Assembly (NCBI RefSeq): GCF_964204645.1
Contig: NC_134028.1
Coordinates: 744,001-808,000 of the forward strand
Reading direction: 5' to 3'
From: Tubulanus polymorphus
Lineage: Eukaryota; Animalia; Nemertea
DNA: 64,000 nucleotides
A program made the translations under genes and the position numbers. Shown here in pieces: positions 1 to 12,008 of the stretch (positions are counted from its first letter, which is position 1; every line of letters starts with the position of its first letter). The notes below the pieces were generated by a model that saw only the letters and a program-made list of their open reading frames with translations, was not told the origin of the DNA and ran no database searches.

Positions 1-2292
1 GTTTCAGTTATCATCGAACGCTGAAGATAAGGGGGAAATATAAGGATAATGATAATATGCGATATGATAATGTTCTTACTTCAACCATTATAACGAGATG
101 CAACATTTCGCACTCTAGACACTAAATGTCAAACTGAGTAATAGTATTGCATGTGCCGCACCCTGTTTTCCCCAAGTGTCCGTATAACTAATAATCATAG
201 GATTCAGCTACATTTATATATCTGTAAGATGTCTTGAAAACAATTGTTAAGAATGATGAATGAGTGATGATCTGTCAGTTCTGAGTTTGTCGCATCTGAA
301 TCGCTGCCGTTGTAATCAATGGGTGCGAAATTTGAGAAAATGATAATCAGATCTCAATTTCGATCCAAAAAACAACTTTTTTCGAATGAGTTATTTTTAT
401 CGCAGAGACGTTTCATATTTCTTTGCAAATGCAAGTGTTTACATTTCACCCGAGCTCAGACAGACACGTGTGCAGTAACGTGATATGAATAATGGGACTC
501 GAACCCGATCGCGTCGTGTTAGCCACGCAGCCCACAAATGACGTATGAATATTACTTAGGGTTTCCCAAATGAGAAACGTGACATGAGACAGCGTTTCAG
601 TTTTCAGTATAGTGTGCATTTCGATTTGTATCCGGCTCGTTTACGGTTACGGCCGCATCGCTCCGAGAATTTGGTGTGGAGACTTCGGCAAACAAGTCAT
701 AAAAATGCACGGAGAACAAACACAATTTAATTTAATAGCGATATTTGGATTTCATTTCAAGTTTTTTATTATTCGCTCGTCTATCTGAACACGTGTGTCA
801 CCACGGCCATTTTATTTTGTATCTGAATGAATATTTGGCATTAAAAGAATGGTAGATGTTTCCCAAAGATATTCACTCTCCTCTCCTCGAAAGCCCCCCC
901 TCTCCCTTCTCTCGCCAATGTTAACATTGATCCCTTGATATAATGCTGCTAGCGACGCAATTCAAAAACTAATCTGTATCGAGGGATACTCTGTGTAAAA
1001 TCGTTGGTAATAAACAATGTTGTCAAACATGTTTAAATATGCATGCATCGTGTGCAGACACGACAAATAGCTTTTACCTGCTCTCTAATAATATGTGACA
1101 CAACCATTCAATAAAAACGTACCTTTTTTAGTTTCAAGATACAAACCCATTTCTATACCCGGTATGGGCTAAAGAACTGGCCTCGAAATTTTCAGAAGTC
1201 ATTTAGTTAAGCTAGTCGCCATGTTAGCTATCTTTGATTTCCTAACAAAGTTATTGCCTGAGGACTTGAATTCGATGATAATGCTGCCGTCAGTATAAAC
1301 ACTCATCTCACTTTCAATTCTGCCCCGGGGTAAAAAACCCCTCTCTTTCTCCTCTCTCTCTCGATACAAGAAAACCTGAGATCAAAAGATGCAAAAATCC
1401 GATTGACGACAACAGAAATTGAACTGTCGGAACTCCCATCATCTTTAGTCAATAAGATTTTACGTTCAACTTTCAAAAACGATGTACATTCACACACTTT
1501 GTAGTAGGAAAGGTTTGTTTCGGATCAGATTTGTGAGTAATACCTGGCTCTCTATAATACCGCGGTCCGCAATGTAAAATATTGATAGCTATGTAATTGA
1601 GTAGATTCATGATTGGCTGCGTTCAGAAGAGTTTTATACATTTTGAGAAATTCAAGCACAGAGAAACTACTTTATAAAACAGTTGCTGAATTTTGATGAT
1701 ATCATTGAATCTCTAACAAGCTGAATTGAGATATTCTTGAGTGAGAACAAGATAAGTCAATGAATACACAAACCAATCAATAACCCTCCAGTAGCTAAAC
1801 CTGAGTAAACTAATGATACAAAATCCAACAGTTTTCTCCTAATATGTTTATTAAATCACTGGGTTTTACATGATTTGACCTTTGTTTGATCCAGTGAAAG
1901 CCGTTGATACGCAGAAAAAATTGTTTGTTAGCTACAATTTCGTAATTGGTTTAAAACGATGCCGTTTTTATTTAGGCTTGATTTTTTCTTTCATTTTTTT
2001 TCTAATTTCAGACTGAAGACTTTTAAGTTCGCGTCGGGCGCCGTCGTCATCAAAGTCAAGTCTTAATCAGTGTAAATAAAATATCGTGTATGAAGAGTTG
2101 AAGTGAGTTGAACGCGTTTGGACTCGACAGAACATGATTTTAAAGGATTCATTTGATAAATTAATTGACGTCATCAGACACGATTATAGTTAAACTCGTT
2201 GGAAGTTAGAAGGGCTTCGTGTTTGTACGTCAGGTGAGCGGCATTGATAGAGTCTGCTCAGAAATATCGAGGGTCGATCGAGAGTTGAGTTT

Positions 2293-3042
2293 ATGATGAC
2301 GAGCGAAAGGCTGCAGGATGAATTGAGATTCAGACTCGTTCTGCTCGGAGCCGGAAACGTCGGTAAAAGTTCAATTCTACATCGGTTCCTGAGCGGTACG
2401 TTCTCCGAGAAATACAAACAAACCGTGGAGGATCTTTACTGTAGAGAATATGAATTTAACGGTTTGATGTTGAAAGTTGATTATTTGGATACAGCAGGAA
2501 ATTTTGCGTTCCCTGCGATGCGTCGTCTGTCAATCTCGCAGGCGCATGCGTTCATACTAGTATTCTCGCTCGACGATCGAGCCTCGTTCTCAGAAGTCCA
2601 GCGTCTGCGAGAACAGATCAAAGAACTTAGAACAGACTATCAAGATATACCGCTGGTTGTTGTTGGCAACAAAAGTGACCTTGACCTACAACGTCTGGTC
2701 GGATTCGAGGAAGTCGCTGATTGGATAGAAGTTGAAGGACTTCAAACTTCGTACGTGGAAACATCGGCGAAACACGATGACGGGATAGCAGACGGTTTTC
2801 AGTTGTTATGGGACAGCGTCAGGTTGAATTTAGAATTAGAAATAGCCAAACATCCGCTGACCCCTACAACACGTAAACGTCGCATTAGCGCGTTCGCCGT
2901 TCTCAATCCGTCGTCGAAATCTCCAGTCAGAAATAACGAAAATAAATTGAACAGAAGTCGCAGTTTGATGCGTCGCAGTAGTAAAAATAAACTGAAAGCT
3001 GGTAATGGTGAAGCGAAGAAGATCGACTGTATAATCTCATGA
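2293..3042 (+). CDS. Ras-family small GTPase, RASD (Dexras/Rhes)/Di-Ras-like, single coding exon
   Basis: G1 GAGNVGKS, effector YKQTVED, G3 DTAG, FPAMRRLSIS typical of RASD/DIRAS, G4 NKSD, G5 ETSAK, basic C-terminal extension and CAAX box CIIS. Probable 5'UTR intron ~1533 (gtgagt) to ~2011 (tttcag). Confidence 0.93.
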   Translation: MMTSERLQDELRFRLVLLGAGNVGKSSILHRFLSGTFSEKYKQTVEDLYCREYEFNGLMLKVDYLDTAGNFAFPAMRRLSISQAHAFILVFSLDDRASFSEVQRLREQIKELRTDYQDIPLVVVGNKSDLDLQRLVGFEEVADWIEVEGLQTSYVETSAKHDDGIADGFQLLWDSVRLNLELEIAKHPLTPTTRKRRISAFAVLNPSSKSPVRNNENKLNRSRSLMRRSSKNKLKAGNGEAKKIDCIIS

Positions 3043-4680
3043 CATATTCCGTGTGTATCAAAGCTCGTATCAGTTTCTCAATTAATGGCTTTTCCTAAAT
3101 GATAAATTTTCCAAAGCGAATTGAGCGCCGGTATTTCGAGTTATTCCGAACGATTAATGGCGGAAGTAGGTAGTTTTGACACTGATAACTGCGCGCGCAC
3201 CCGAGATAATGTCCTCCTATCAATTTAGTTACTTGTATCCAATTCTGTTCACGTATCGCGTATTTGTAGGTTATCAGCTTGTTGGACTGGTGCCCGAATC
3301 AAAAGAAAGGAAATATCGATTCGGGACTGCAGATTTGGTGTTACTTGTAGCTGGAACCTGAACCTCTTCACCTCATGTTTAGTGTTATTATTTGGGTTAC
3401 GTTTAAGAATGTCTTATATCTGGCATTTGTAGTTTATTTCCAATCAAAAATATCTCTGAGGAAGTTCAGAACACACGTGAAGTGTGGACCAACCAAAATT
3501 TGTAAGACAGGTATTGAATGTCTGAGATAGTGCAGGATCTTGATTCCAAACTGCAGCAGCTAGATACTGTATTGAATAACTGACGATATACAGATAGGAA
3601 ATTGATAAACTGTCTAATGCCGAATGTCTGATGTCGAATTATTGTCAGTATTAAGGTGTGATTAACACCTTTGGTTAACGTAAAGGCGTTTAGTATTGCT
3701 AGTTGGCGGAGGTTAGATGCTATTACTGAGTAACTTGTGATTTAAACGTCAATCATACGTCATAAAGTTTCCAAGCGACGCCTAGTTTATATCCAGGCAC
3801 CGAATTATCCCGACAGCTGCTGCTGCTGCTGCTGCTGCTCACACCTTCGCGACCCTGGATACAGTCAACATTTTACAAACAAATCGTCCATAATTTTGTG
3901 TCATCCTTAATGAATATAATTCACTACAACAGAATCAGTTAAATATCAGTTTTCATTGTTGCTAATGTTTAAATCCTACATTTCCGCTTCCGCCACCGAT
4001 GATCTCAAACATTATCAATCATCGATAATGATACCCCGAGTTGACACTAAAACCCGGATAAGGACGTTATCGCGTGTAATCAGTAATCGCTTCCAGGGAG
4101 AGTCCTCGGTGATATAATGTTTCATCGATATGTGCGAGGACGGCCGGCAATATGGACGCACCTGGGAGGTGTTCCGCGTCACTGAGAACCGTCTCTTATG
4201 TAAATGGAACCGTTCTGATTCAGATGACTAAATTCTGATGTTCAGTATTTCTCGTCCGATTTATGTCGCGTTTAACGCGGCCACAAACTTTATACGTGCG
4301 GTACACATGACCCTCTTGAGGGGCGTCATATCATGTGCCATCTACGTACATTTCTGTCATAGATATCTGATCAAAATAATACATGTGGACAAGTAAAACA
4401 CTGGATCTTATCCGTGGCGTCAACTGTAGATTGGAAATTCCACAATGGAATTTTGTAGACAATAATGTGTACCAGTCCGTACGGCTCTCCTGGGTCCACA
4501 CCGTAGTGTGCGTGTACCATGCCTTGTATTATCGTGTGCCGTCTGATCTCCCGCGATTCTGACACGAATTGAAACATTTTATGGTAAAATATACGATGGA
4601 CAATTTTTAATGCAAATTACTCTTTGTTTATTACCGTCGATGATGAAAGTTTGTTTATCGGTCGCGTCATCACCGCAACC

Positions 4681-4770
4681 AAATCTAATCTAATCTAATC
4701 TAATCTAATTCACTGGAGGAAGTGCGTACTGCACCGCACTGCACCGCACTGCACCGCGCAGCACCGCATC
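4681..4770. repeat. Adjacent microsatellites (AATCT)n and (GCACC/GCACT)n
   Basis: Directly visible short-period repeats. Confidence 0.85.
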
Positions 4771-5554
4771 CGTGGCTGCGTACAGTCAAATAAAACGACT
4801 CCATTTTGAAAATAATTTGTTCTGATTATTTGTTGTTTCTGCGCACGTATTAAACTGAGACTCTACTGAATCAGTGTATAATATAACCAGTTATAAATAC
4901 GTTCATACTTTATCAAATATCTTTCAAATTTGTGTTCAAATTCTAATAGGGGTCTGACAAGACACCTCTAATGGTCTCTCATTAGTGACCCCTAGTGGTG
5001 AGGTCACTCACTAGCGACCGTAGTTTTCCCAAGTGAGAATCATGGCGAATTATTCCTGTTTTTGTGGAAGGAAAAATGTCAAACGCGTTTTATGAAGTTA
5101 TATATGATAAAAGAAACTATGGTTTCCTGTCTGACCTTTACTGATAGCTACTGATAGTCGTGAAATATCATGACCAACATTTTATAAACGGAAATTTGTA
5201 TTATTTGTAACTGAAAATCGTCTTTGAAAACAAGTATTCAATAAAAAGGTTGTTATTTAAAAAACGTGTATCAGATATTTCATTCATTAACTGTGGGTTT
5301 ACTGTGGGAAGTGCCTCTGATATCGAGTGTTGCTGATGAAAGACTGAATAATCATGAAATATTACTCCGAAACACATCTCTAAAAACAGATCTGTGTCGA
5401 TATGTAGGAGTAGTTGTTATAAGAGATTTAGTGGGCGATTTATTATTCACGTAGGTATGGATGAGCGAGATTTTACACAATCGACCAAACTGCGTCATTG
5501 CGAAATAACATTTCACATGTTGCAGCATAGTATTTATGAGGAATCTGATATCAT

Positions 5555-5830
5555 TGTCTCAGTATCTCAATGTTTTAGAATCTCGATATCTCAGTATCTC
5601 TAGCAGTATCTCAATATCTCGGTCAGTATCTCAGTATCTCAATGTTTTAGAATCTCGATATCTCAGTATCTCTAGCAGTATCTCAGCATATCGACAAGTA
5701 TCTTTAGCAGTATCTCGGTATTTCGAGCAGTATCTCATTATCTCGAGCAGTATCTCAGCATATCGACTAGTATCTCTAGCAGTATCTCGGTATTTCGAGC
5801 AGTATCTCATTATCTCGAGCAGTATCTCAG
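5555..5830. repeat. Imperfect nested tandem repeat (agcagtatctc-based)
   Basis: Recurrent agcagtatctc / cagtatctcaatgttttagaatctcga units. Explains the repetitive ORFs 5536..5883 and 5631..5840. Confidence 0.85.
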
Positions 5831-6597
5831 TGTTATGCACAGAGCAGGTACTGTTTTACATTCTACGTGTATTTCAGCGATGAATTACTAACAAACCGCG
5901 ACTACGAAACGAACGCTTTTCATATTCGTCATCAGTGATGGTGGTTGTTTTTTGTCAGTAGACGCCGAGCCCTCGAGAACCATTCATCATGCTACCTGTC
6001 TCGACAATTAATAGTTTGTTGCACACACGAATTCCTGTGTAAAACTAGGCATAAATAATTCAATTAGGGCCTAGATTTAAAATGAGGCCATTGAGACAAA
6101 CTGTAAAACAACTCACAACTGATATCAATAAAACACTTCACAGTTTTTGCGCTAGTTTTTAATTTACTGAAGAAAATCCAAATTTATAATCCTACATCAC
6201 ATTGACATATGTGCACTATTAGGTCACTAGGGGGCGTTTATAGTTGTGAAATGAAATACAAGGGCCGTAGAACTGTGTGTGACAACAATGTTTAGGCAAT
6301 CGGGTAAGGGCCCTTATGGTTGAATCAAATGTAGCCTCACATTGACCGTATGCCTTCTAGTTAGTGAATGTACTATCGGCGTCGGCTCCGAAATGGTAGG
6401 CTCCGTGATGGTTGGCTCCGGTAGACCGTATTAATCCTAAACCTTATATTTAATCCGTTCATGTTACTGACAACTTCAATGTGACGTACCCGCGTGGTAT
6501 GTGTGGATTTCACGGTGTTTATTGCTGAGGCGGCGGCGCGGATTTCAGTCAATAAGCTTCATACAACTATAATACGTGACTGAACTGATAAAATACC

Positions 6598-6990
6598 AAA
6601 TACTGCCCGAACAGCAGCGCAGTAGAGTACCGCGACTCCAGACAGATACTGCCCGAACAGCAGCGCAGTAGAGTACCGCGACTCCAGTCAAATACTGCCC
6701 GAACAGCAGCGCAGTAGAGTACCGCGACTCCAGTCAAATTCTGCCCGAACAGCAGCGCAGTAGAGTACCGCGACTCCAGTCAAATTCTGCCCGAATAGCA
6801 GCGCAGTAGAGTACCGCGACTCCAGTCAAATACTGCCCGGACAGCAGCGCAGTAGAGTACCGCGACTCCAGTCAAATACTGCCCGGACAGCAGCGCAGTA
6901 GAGTACCGCGACTCCAGTCAAATACTGCCCGGACAGCAGCGCAGTAGAGTACCGCGACTCCAGTCAAATACTGCCCGGACAGCGGCACAG
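6598..6990. repeat. Minisatellite, 46-bp unit, about 8.5 near-identical copies
   Basis: Unit aaatactgcccgaacagcagcgcagtagagtaccgcgactccagtc; tactgcccga recurs at 6601 and 6647. No spacers. Confidence 0.95.
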
Positions 6991-8067
6991 TATCGAATAT
7001 CATGAGTACCCCCCAGTAGCAGATAGTAATGAGATATAATCTAGTCCTCGAGTTGTACAGAAATATAAACTAAGAATCGCCATTTCTTTTTCATTCACAA
7101 CAAGACCCGCGGTGTGGACAACATAAACATGTAACATTCTGCTGAATCGTGTGGTGACCTTGTGCAAGCACTTTACGATGTTCCACGAGATCGAATCAGA
7201 ATCAGAATATCTGTCAATTTCTGCCGTTACAAACTGGTATCATCACTATATCATCACTGACTCTTACTCGGCCCCCGACACCAACATCACTGCCATCGCC
7301 TGAGTTATTATTCAAAATGTTGTTTGTCGTTTGGTAAAATATCGATAGCTCGAGTTCAACTGGGGGACACGAGTCGTAGTCCTGAGATCGATTATAATCG
7401 AGTAGAACTAGGAGTCGACCACCCGGAGGAGACCCGGTGCACTCAACCTCCGACAGTTCGTTATTAATCAAATTTTGTTTGCGTTTTATTTAACCTTGAA
7501 ACTTTTAATTGAATCGATTTATCATAGGAATGAAAATAAGTTTATATAAATGAAGTGAATGCGGTGATAAAAGGGGTGCTCCATATCTAATCAGCGATGG
7601 GGCTCGAACCTGATTGGATTCTATAAAGCGCTCCGCAAGGTGGACGACGTTATCATGACAGAAAAAGGGTAGTAAGAGGTTTGCTCGGGGTTCACCAAGA
7701 ACCTTAGTTTCTGATGTACCACAGACACTAGGATCGTAGAGTAACGTAGATCATTGTGGAGCCAACCACTGCCAGGGCTGGGTGAAGTTCGCGGAGGGGG
7801 CTATAGACGGTTCCACGTGTCCCGACTGGTTCACAATCCCTGTCTCTGATCACTGTTTCTATTGTCCATGTTATTTATGTTATTCTATTTTTCTGTAAGG
7901 AAATATTTAATAAACAGCGAAGCTATGAAATCAGCCATATCAACTACGCTAACGATGATCTATAAACTTCAAAAGGAAGAGTTTGTCCCTAATGGACGAC
8001 TATAACGAGAAATCGTACCCTTCCGCCGGAAGTCACATCATATCCTGGATTCAGATTGTTGATACGC

Positions 8068-8111
<44 letters not shown>

Positions 8112-9697
8112 TAGACACAGTGGTCCCTGGGAAGTTTTCCGAGGGTCGGCATTCATTAGAGATGGACTCCGCAGCAATAAGCCGCATTCAAAACGAATCA
8201 GTTCAAGATTAAAGCGACGAAAATTCGAATTTTACCTTTTAGGTAATGGACATAAAAGGATGGAACGTTTTTTTATCTCTTGTTAAAGAGATGAATTCTT
8301 TTAAATATAACTAGAAATAATCACAGTTCAGAGTCAGAGTTCAGAACTGCGGAAGGTGGAGAGATAGATGAGGAGAATTTGAATATGTTATTAACATTAA
8401 TTAAAGGAGAGTATTATCAGTTGAATCTAATATAATTGCGGTTGTTTCAGTCATCATTAGGTGCATACAAATCATTTATTTAACGGCAGCAAAATCACGG
8501 CAGTTTTTGCTTAAAGACAAGTCCTTAAGGTTTGGAAGTAGCGCGTGGTTATGGGATCGAAGAGATTTAAGCCGTGTCCATGTAAAGAGGGAAGGGTACC
8601 TGGTGTTCATGTATCTCTAGTGATTTAAAAATCGACGGTTTCGCTGAAAAAAGTTCAGTTCAGTTCAGTACCTGGAAATGAATTATTTGATGGCCTCTCT
8701 CATCATGTCACAGTAAATACTAGATTGGCCGCTTACAAACAGAGTCGGCTTACCTACTTCCCTCGCCGAGAAGATAATTTGTTCTTTGAGTCTTTTTTTC
8801 TTTTGTCTTTTAATCTGACTGGCTTCTGATATGTAAATAGGGATAATGATGTTTGTAACCTCAGTGACTATCCGTCTGTCGGTTTCCGGCGCTGATTATC
8901 CCATCCGCCATTTCCATTTACCGACAATACTCTCATCATTACATGTATTCATCAGTAGATACCTGTTCCTTTCATTAATCTCACAAATATTCATCTGCCC
9001 GAATACTCTCAAATCTCCTTATATCAAAAGAAACGACTGTACTATATCATCAAAAGACCAACGTTAAGTTAATCGAAATTATTCGTAATTTGAGATGGTT
9101 AGATTGTATTTTATCTGAGGCCACGGGAGAAGTGAAATTTATGCAGAAAGATCTTGATGAAATATTTGGATGGGTAATCAGAAAATGATAGCGGGCAAAG
9201 TAGGGATTGACCCTGTTATTCATTCAATGGATTTCGTATGATTTCATTTAATGGCTGTCCCTTACAAACCCATCAAACCTGCCGGGAATGAAACCGGAAA
9301 CCGGGGGTTTTTAGTGCATAGTCATCACGCCGGACTGGTCTCAAGGTTCGAGTCCTGCCAGCGCTAGGGTCGATATACGGGGGGCATCTTTTGTTTTATG
9401 TTTCTATCATTGAATTTAACTATTTAAACACCACCAAGTTTAAATCTATTTTCATTATACGTGAATTAAAATGTTGTTTAGCAGTTTGGGTTTTGACCAC
9501 AGCGTGAATCGACTAATGGACAATAATCTGGAGGATGTTTAATCAATCTACCTCAAACACTAGCCGTTCAGCATTTGATTGTTTGTTATGTAGTTACGGG
9601 GGTCGTGACAGTAAGTAAATGTTACTGCTAATTGAATGAATGGATTGAAGACCCTGCACACCTGATTTAGAACACTCCCAGTGTGGCGGCTACCACA

Positions 9698-11042
9698 ATG
9701 ATGCTTATCCATCAAGAAATCCTATGTGGAATTGTCTACTTATTTATCGTGTTGCGCACTGCGAACTGTGAGTTAGGGAGTCTGTACGTGAAGCGCACGG
9801 TTCTGAGTTCAGGATTCTCTAAACTCACCCTGCGGAATCCCAGATTGCTTACAGTGGCAAACTGTGCGCTCAGTTGCCTCAGCGGTCATCGTGGATTCAC
9901 TTGTCTAGGATTTGATTTGAATAGCGATAAAGAAACATGTGATTTAATTGTTGATAATGATGAGGAACTTGTTCCGCTAGAAATTGGTGAGATAATCTTC
10001 TTGAGAAGCGATTTAGCAGGTAAGTGATATTTCATTTGAGTAGATCTATTGAAATAGATATATCAATGCATTTAGTGAAATCCGCCATGTTGAATATACA
10101 TTGGTAGCTGCAACGCATTGAAAATGGCTGACTGGTGGCTATATTTGATTCTGAAAAAACTCTTTTTCCATCATACAGCGGCGTATTCATAGTTTCTAAA
10201 ATAGCTGCGTCATATGCAGCAGATCAGCATCAACAACAAACTCACTGACGCATTATTAGCTGTAGAATCAAGTTTCGCGAATTGTTTTGTTTTTTGTAAA
10301 TTACTAGATAATTTATGGACGACAACCTCGACCCAAATCGTCACAACCCGTGCTGCCACCCAGGGGCTGGAAACGACAACCACCCAGCGGGTTACAACGA
10401 CGACAACGAGCGCACCAGCGCCACCAACAACGACCACACCAGCGCCACCAACAACGACCACACCAGCGCCACCAACAACGACCACACCAGCGCCACCAAC
10501 AACAACTTCACCAATGAAACCCACAGAACTAGAATGTCAGTTAAACTATGTGAGGATATCAGACGATCCGATTTGTTATTTCGTACAGTTAGCTTCCGGT
10601 GCTGCTAATTTCGCTGATGCACAGACGACATGTCAGAGTCACGCTGCAAGGAATACGGGTACTGTTACTAGACTAGCAGAACCGCGTACACAAACACAGA
10701 ACTCAATACTGAAATTCTACCTCAATACATATTTCAGTCAGATATCAGGTGCGTGCGGGCAGGTGCGTGTCACGTGAAATAAGCGGAAAGAACATGTTAA
10801 GAAGGAATATCGGTTTTCTATTTTCAGGTTCTATATATTTCGGAGGTTTGAATCCTGGTGGTAAAGTCGTCCACTGGGCTAGTGATCAACAGTCAATGCC
10901 TTATAGTGCGCCCTGGGAGTTCGGACAACCAGACAGCGCTACTGAGAAGTGTATAGCCTATACGAGTCCCAGACAGCAATGGCACGATGTTCGGTGCACT
11001 GACGTACTGCCGTATGTGTGCGAGGAGAGAATTGCAGAATAA
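9698..11042 (+). CDS. Secreted C-type lectin: PAN/apple-like N-domain, Thr/Pro mucin stalk, C-terminal CTLD; 3 exons (9698-10019, 10308-10748, 10828-11042)
   Basis: Hydrophobic signal peptide; CALSC...CLGFD...C PAN-like pattern; (PAPPTTTT)n; CTLD motifs CY..F.DAQTTC, W..GQPD..E.C..WHDVRC...YVCE. The GT-AG junctions join in frame. Confidence 0.85.
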
Positions 11043-12008
11043 CCGAGCTATTCCTGTGAGATCAGGAAAACTCCGCCAGTGTCGCTCTACAGACTTGTGA
11101 TTGGCGCCATAATGTTAGCCAAATACGTTCAGTGATTCACGTATTATCTTTTTTAACGAAACCCCTGCCCTAAGGTCCAGATGACGTCACCTCCTGTTTG
11201 ACCGTAATACCCGAGCTTTGGTCTCGTCAAATTCGAGTCATCATCTACCTTTACCAACACCACAAAGATCATACCTAGGCCAGGTCACACCTAGGCCAGC
11301 CAGCTAACTTAGCTGGTGTAACAAGCTCAGAGAGTATTTGCCTATGTGCAAGTAGCCCTGGACCCAGGTTTCACATGAGAACAAGACAAACAATAATTCA
11401 TTTATTTGAAACAGGATATTTTATTGATTGTACTCTGAGTGATTAGTTTTTTGCTTGAACCCAAAAATAAAGAGATAATTTATTTATTTATCACAGTTAG
11501 GCATCAGATATAATATACAGAAAATATACATTTTAACAAATAATGTTTAACAACTGAAAGTATTTTTCATCTATTCCTACTGATTAATCAATTATTGAGA
11601 TACTTCTACTTTTGACGTCATTAATTCTACACTTTTAACCCTTAACTTAAACAAAGGGGCGACTCCCTCCCTCCCTCCCTCCTTCCTTCCCTCCCTCCCT
11701 CCCCAAACCCCCCGGAGTCTTAACATGTTATCATTAGTACCTTCATAATTACCATAGCTACAGAAATGGGCAACTTTTCGACACATTTTAATCGCCGTAA
11801 TTGATACAAATACTGTTTTTATTTCCGTTGATATCAGAGAAACCGGTTTTGTGAAACAGTTGAAACCTTAAAACAATCTGTTGATCTGAGTCTAAATATA
11901 TCAAAACGTTTTCAGATTCTGAGAAATAAACAACGTCAATGTGAAGGTCACTGTCACTTGTCTACGTGGAAATAGTATCTCTGCTGGCTGATCGAGCTCA
12001 CTGTAGTT

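Noticed and set aside
490-530. tRNA genes suggested by B-box motifs here and at ~7600, ~9345 and ~46225
   Set aside because: Only GGTTCGA boxes are present and no complete cloverleaf can be folded; at best decayed SINE heads.
6598-6990. CRISPR-like array
   Set aside because: Units are contiguous with no unique spacers; eukaryotic context; no cas genes.
7200-7930. GC-richer stretch with short ORFs (possible exon or transposon relic)
   Set aside because: No recognisable motif, splice chain or terminal repeats.
7989-8177. Poly-Cys ORF
   Set aside because: Reverse reading of a (CAG)n microsatellite.
10210-10608. Val/Gly-rich and Asn/Asp-rich alternative ORFs
   Set aside because: Shadow frames of the lectin's Thr/Pro repeat.
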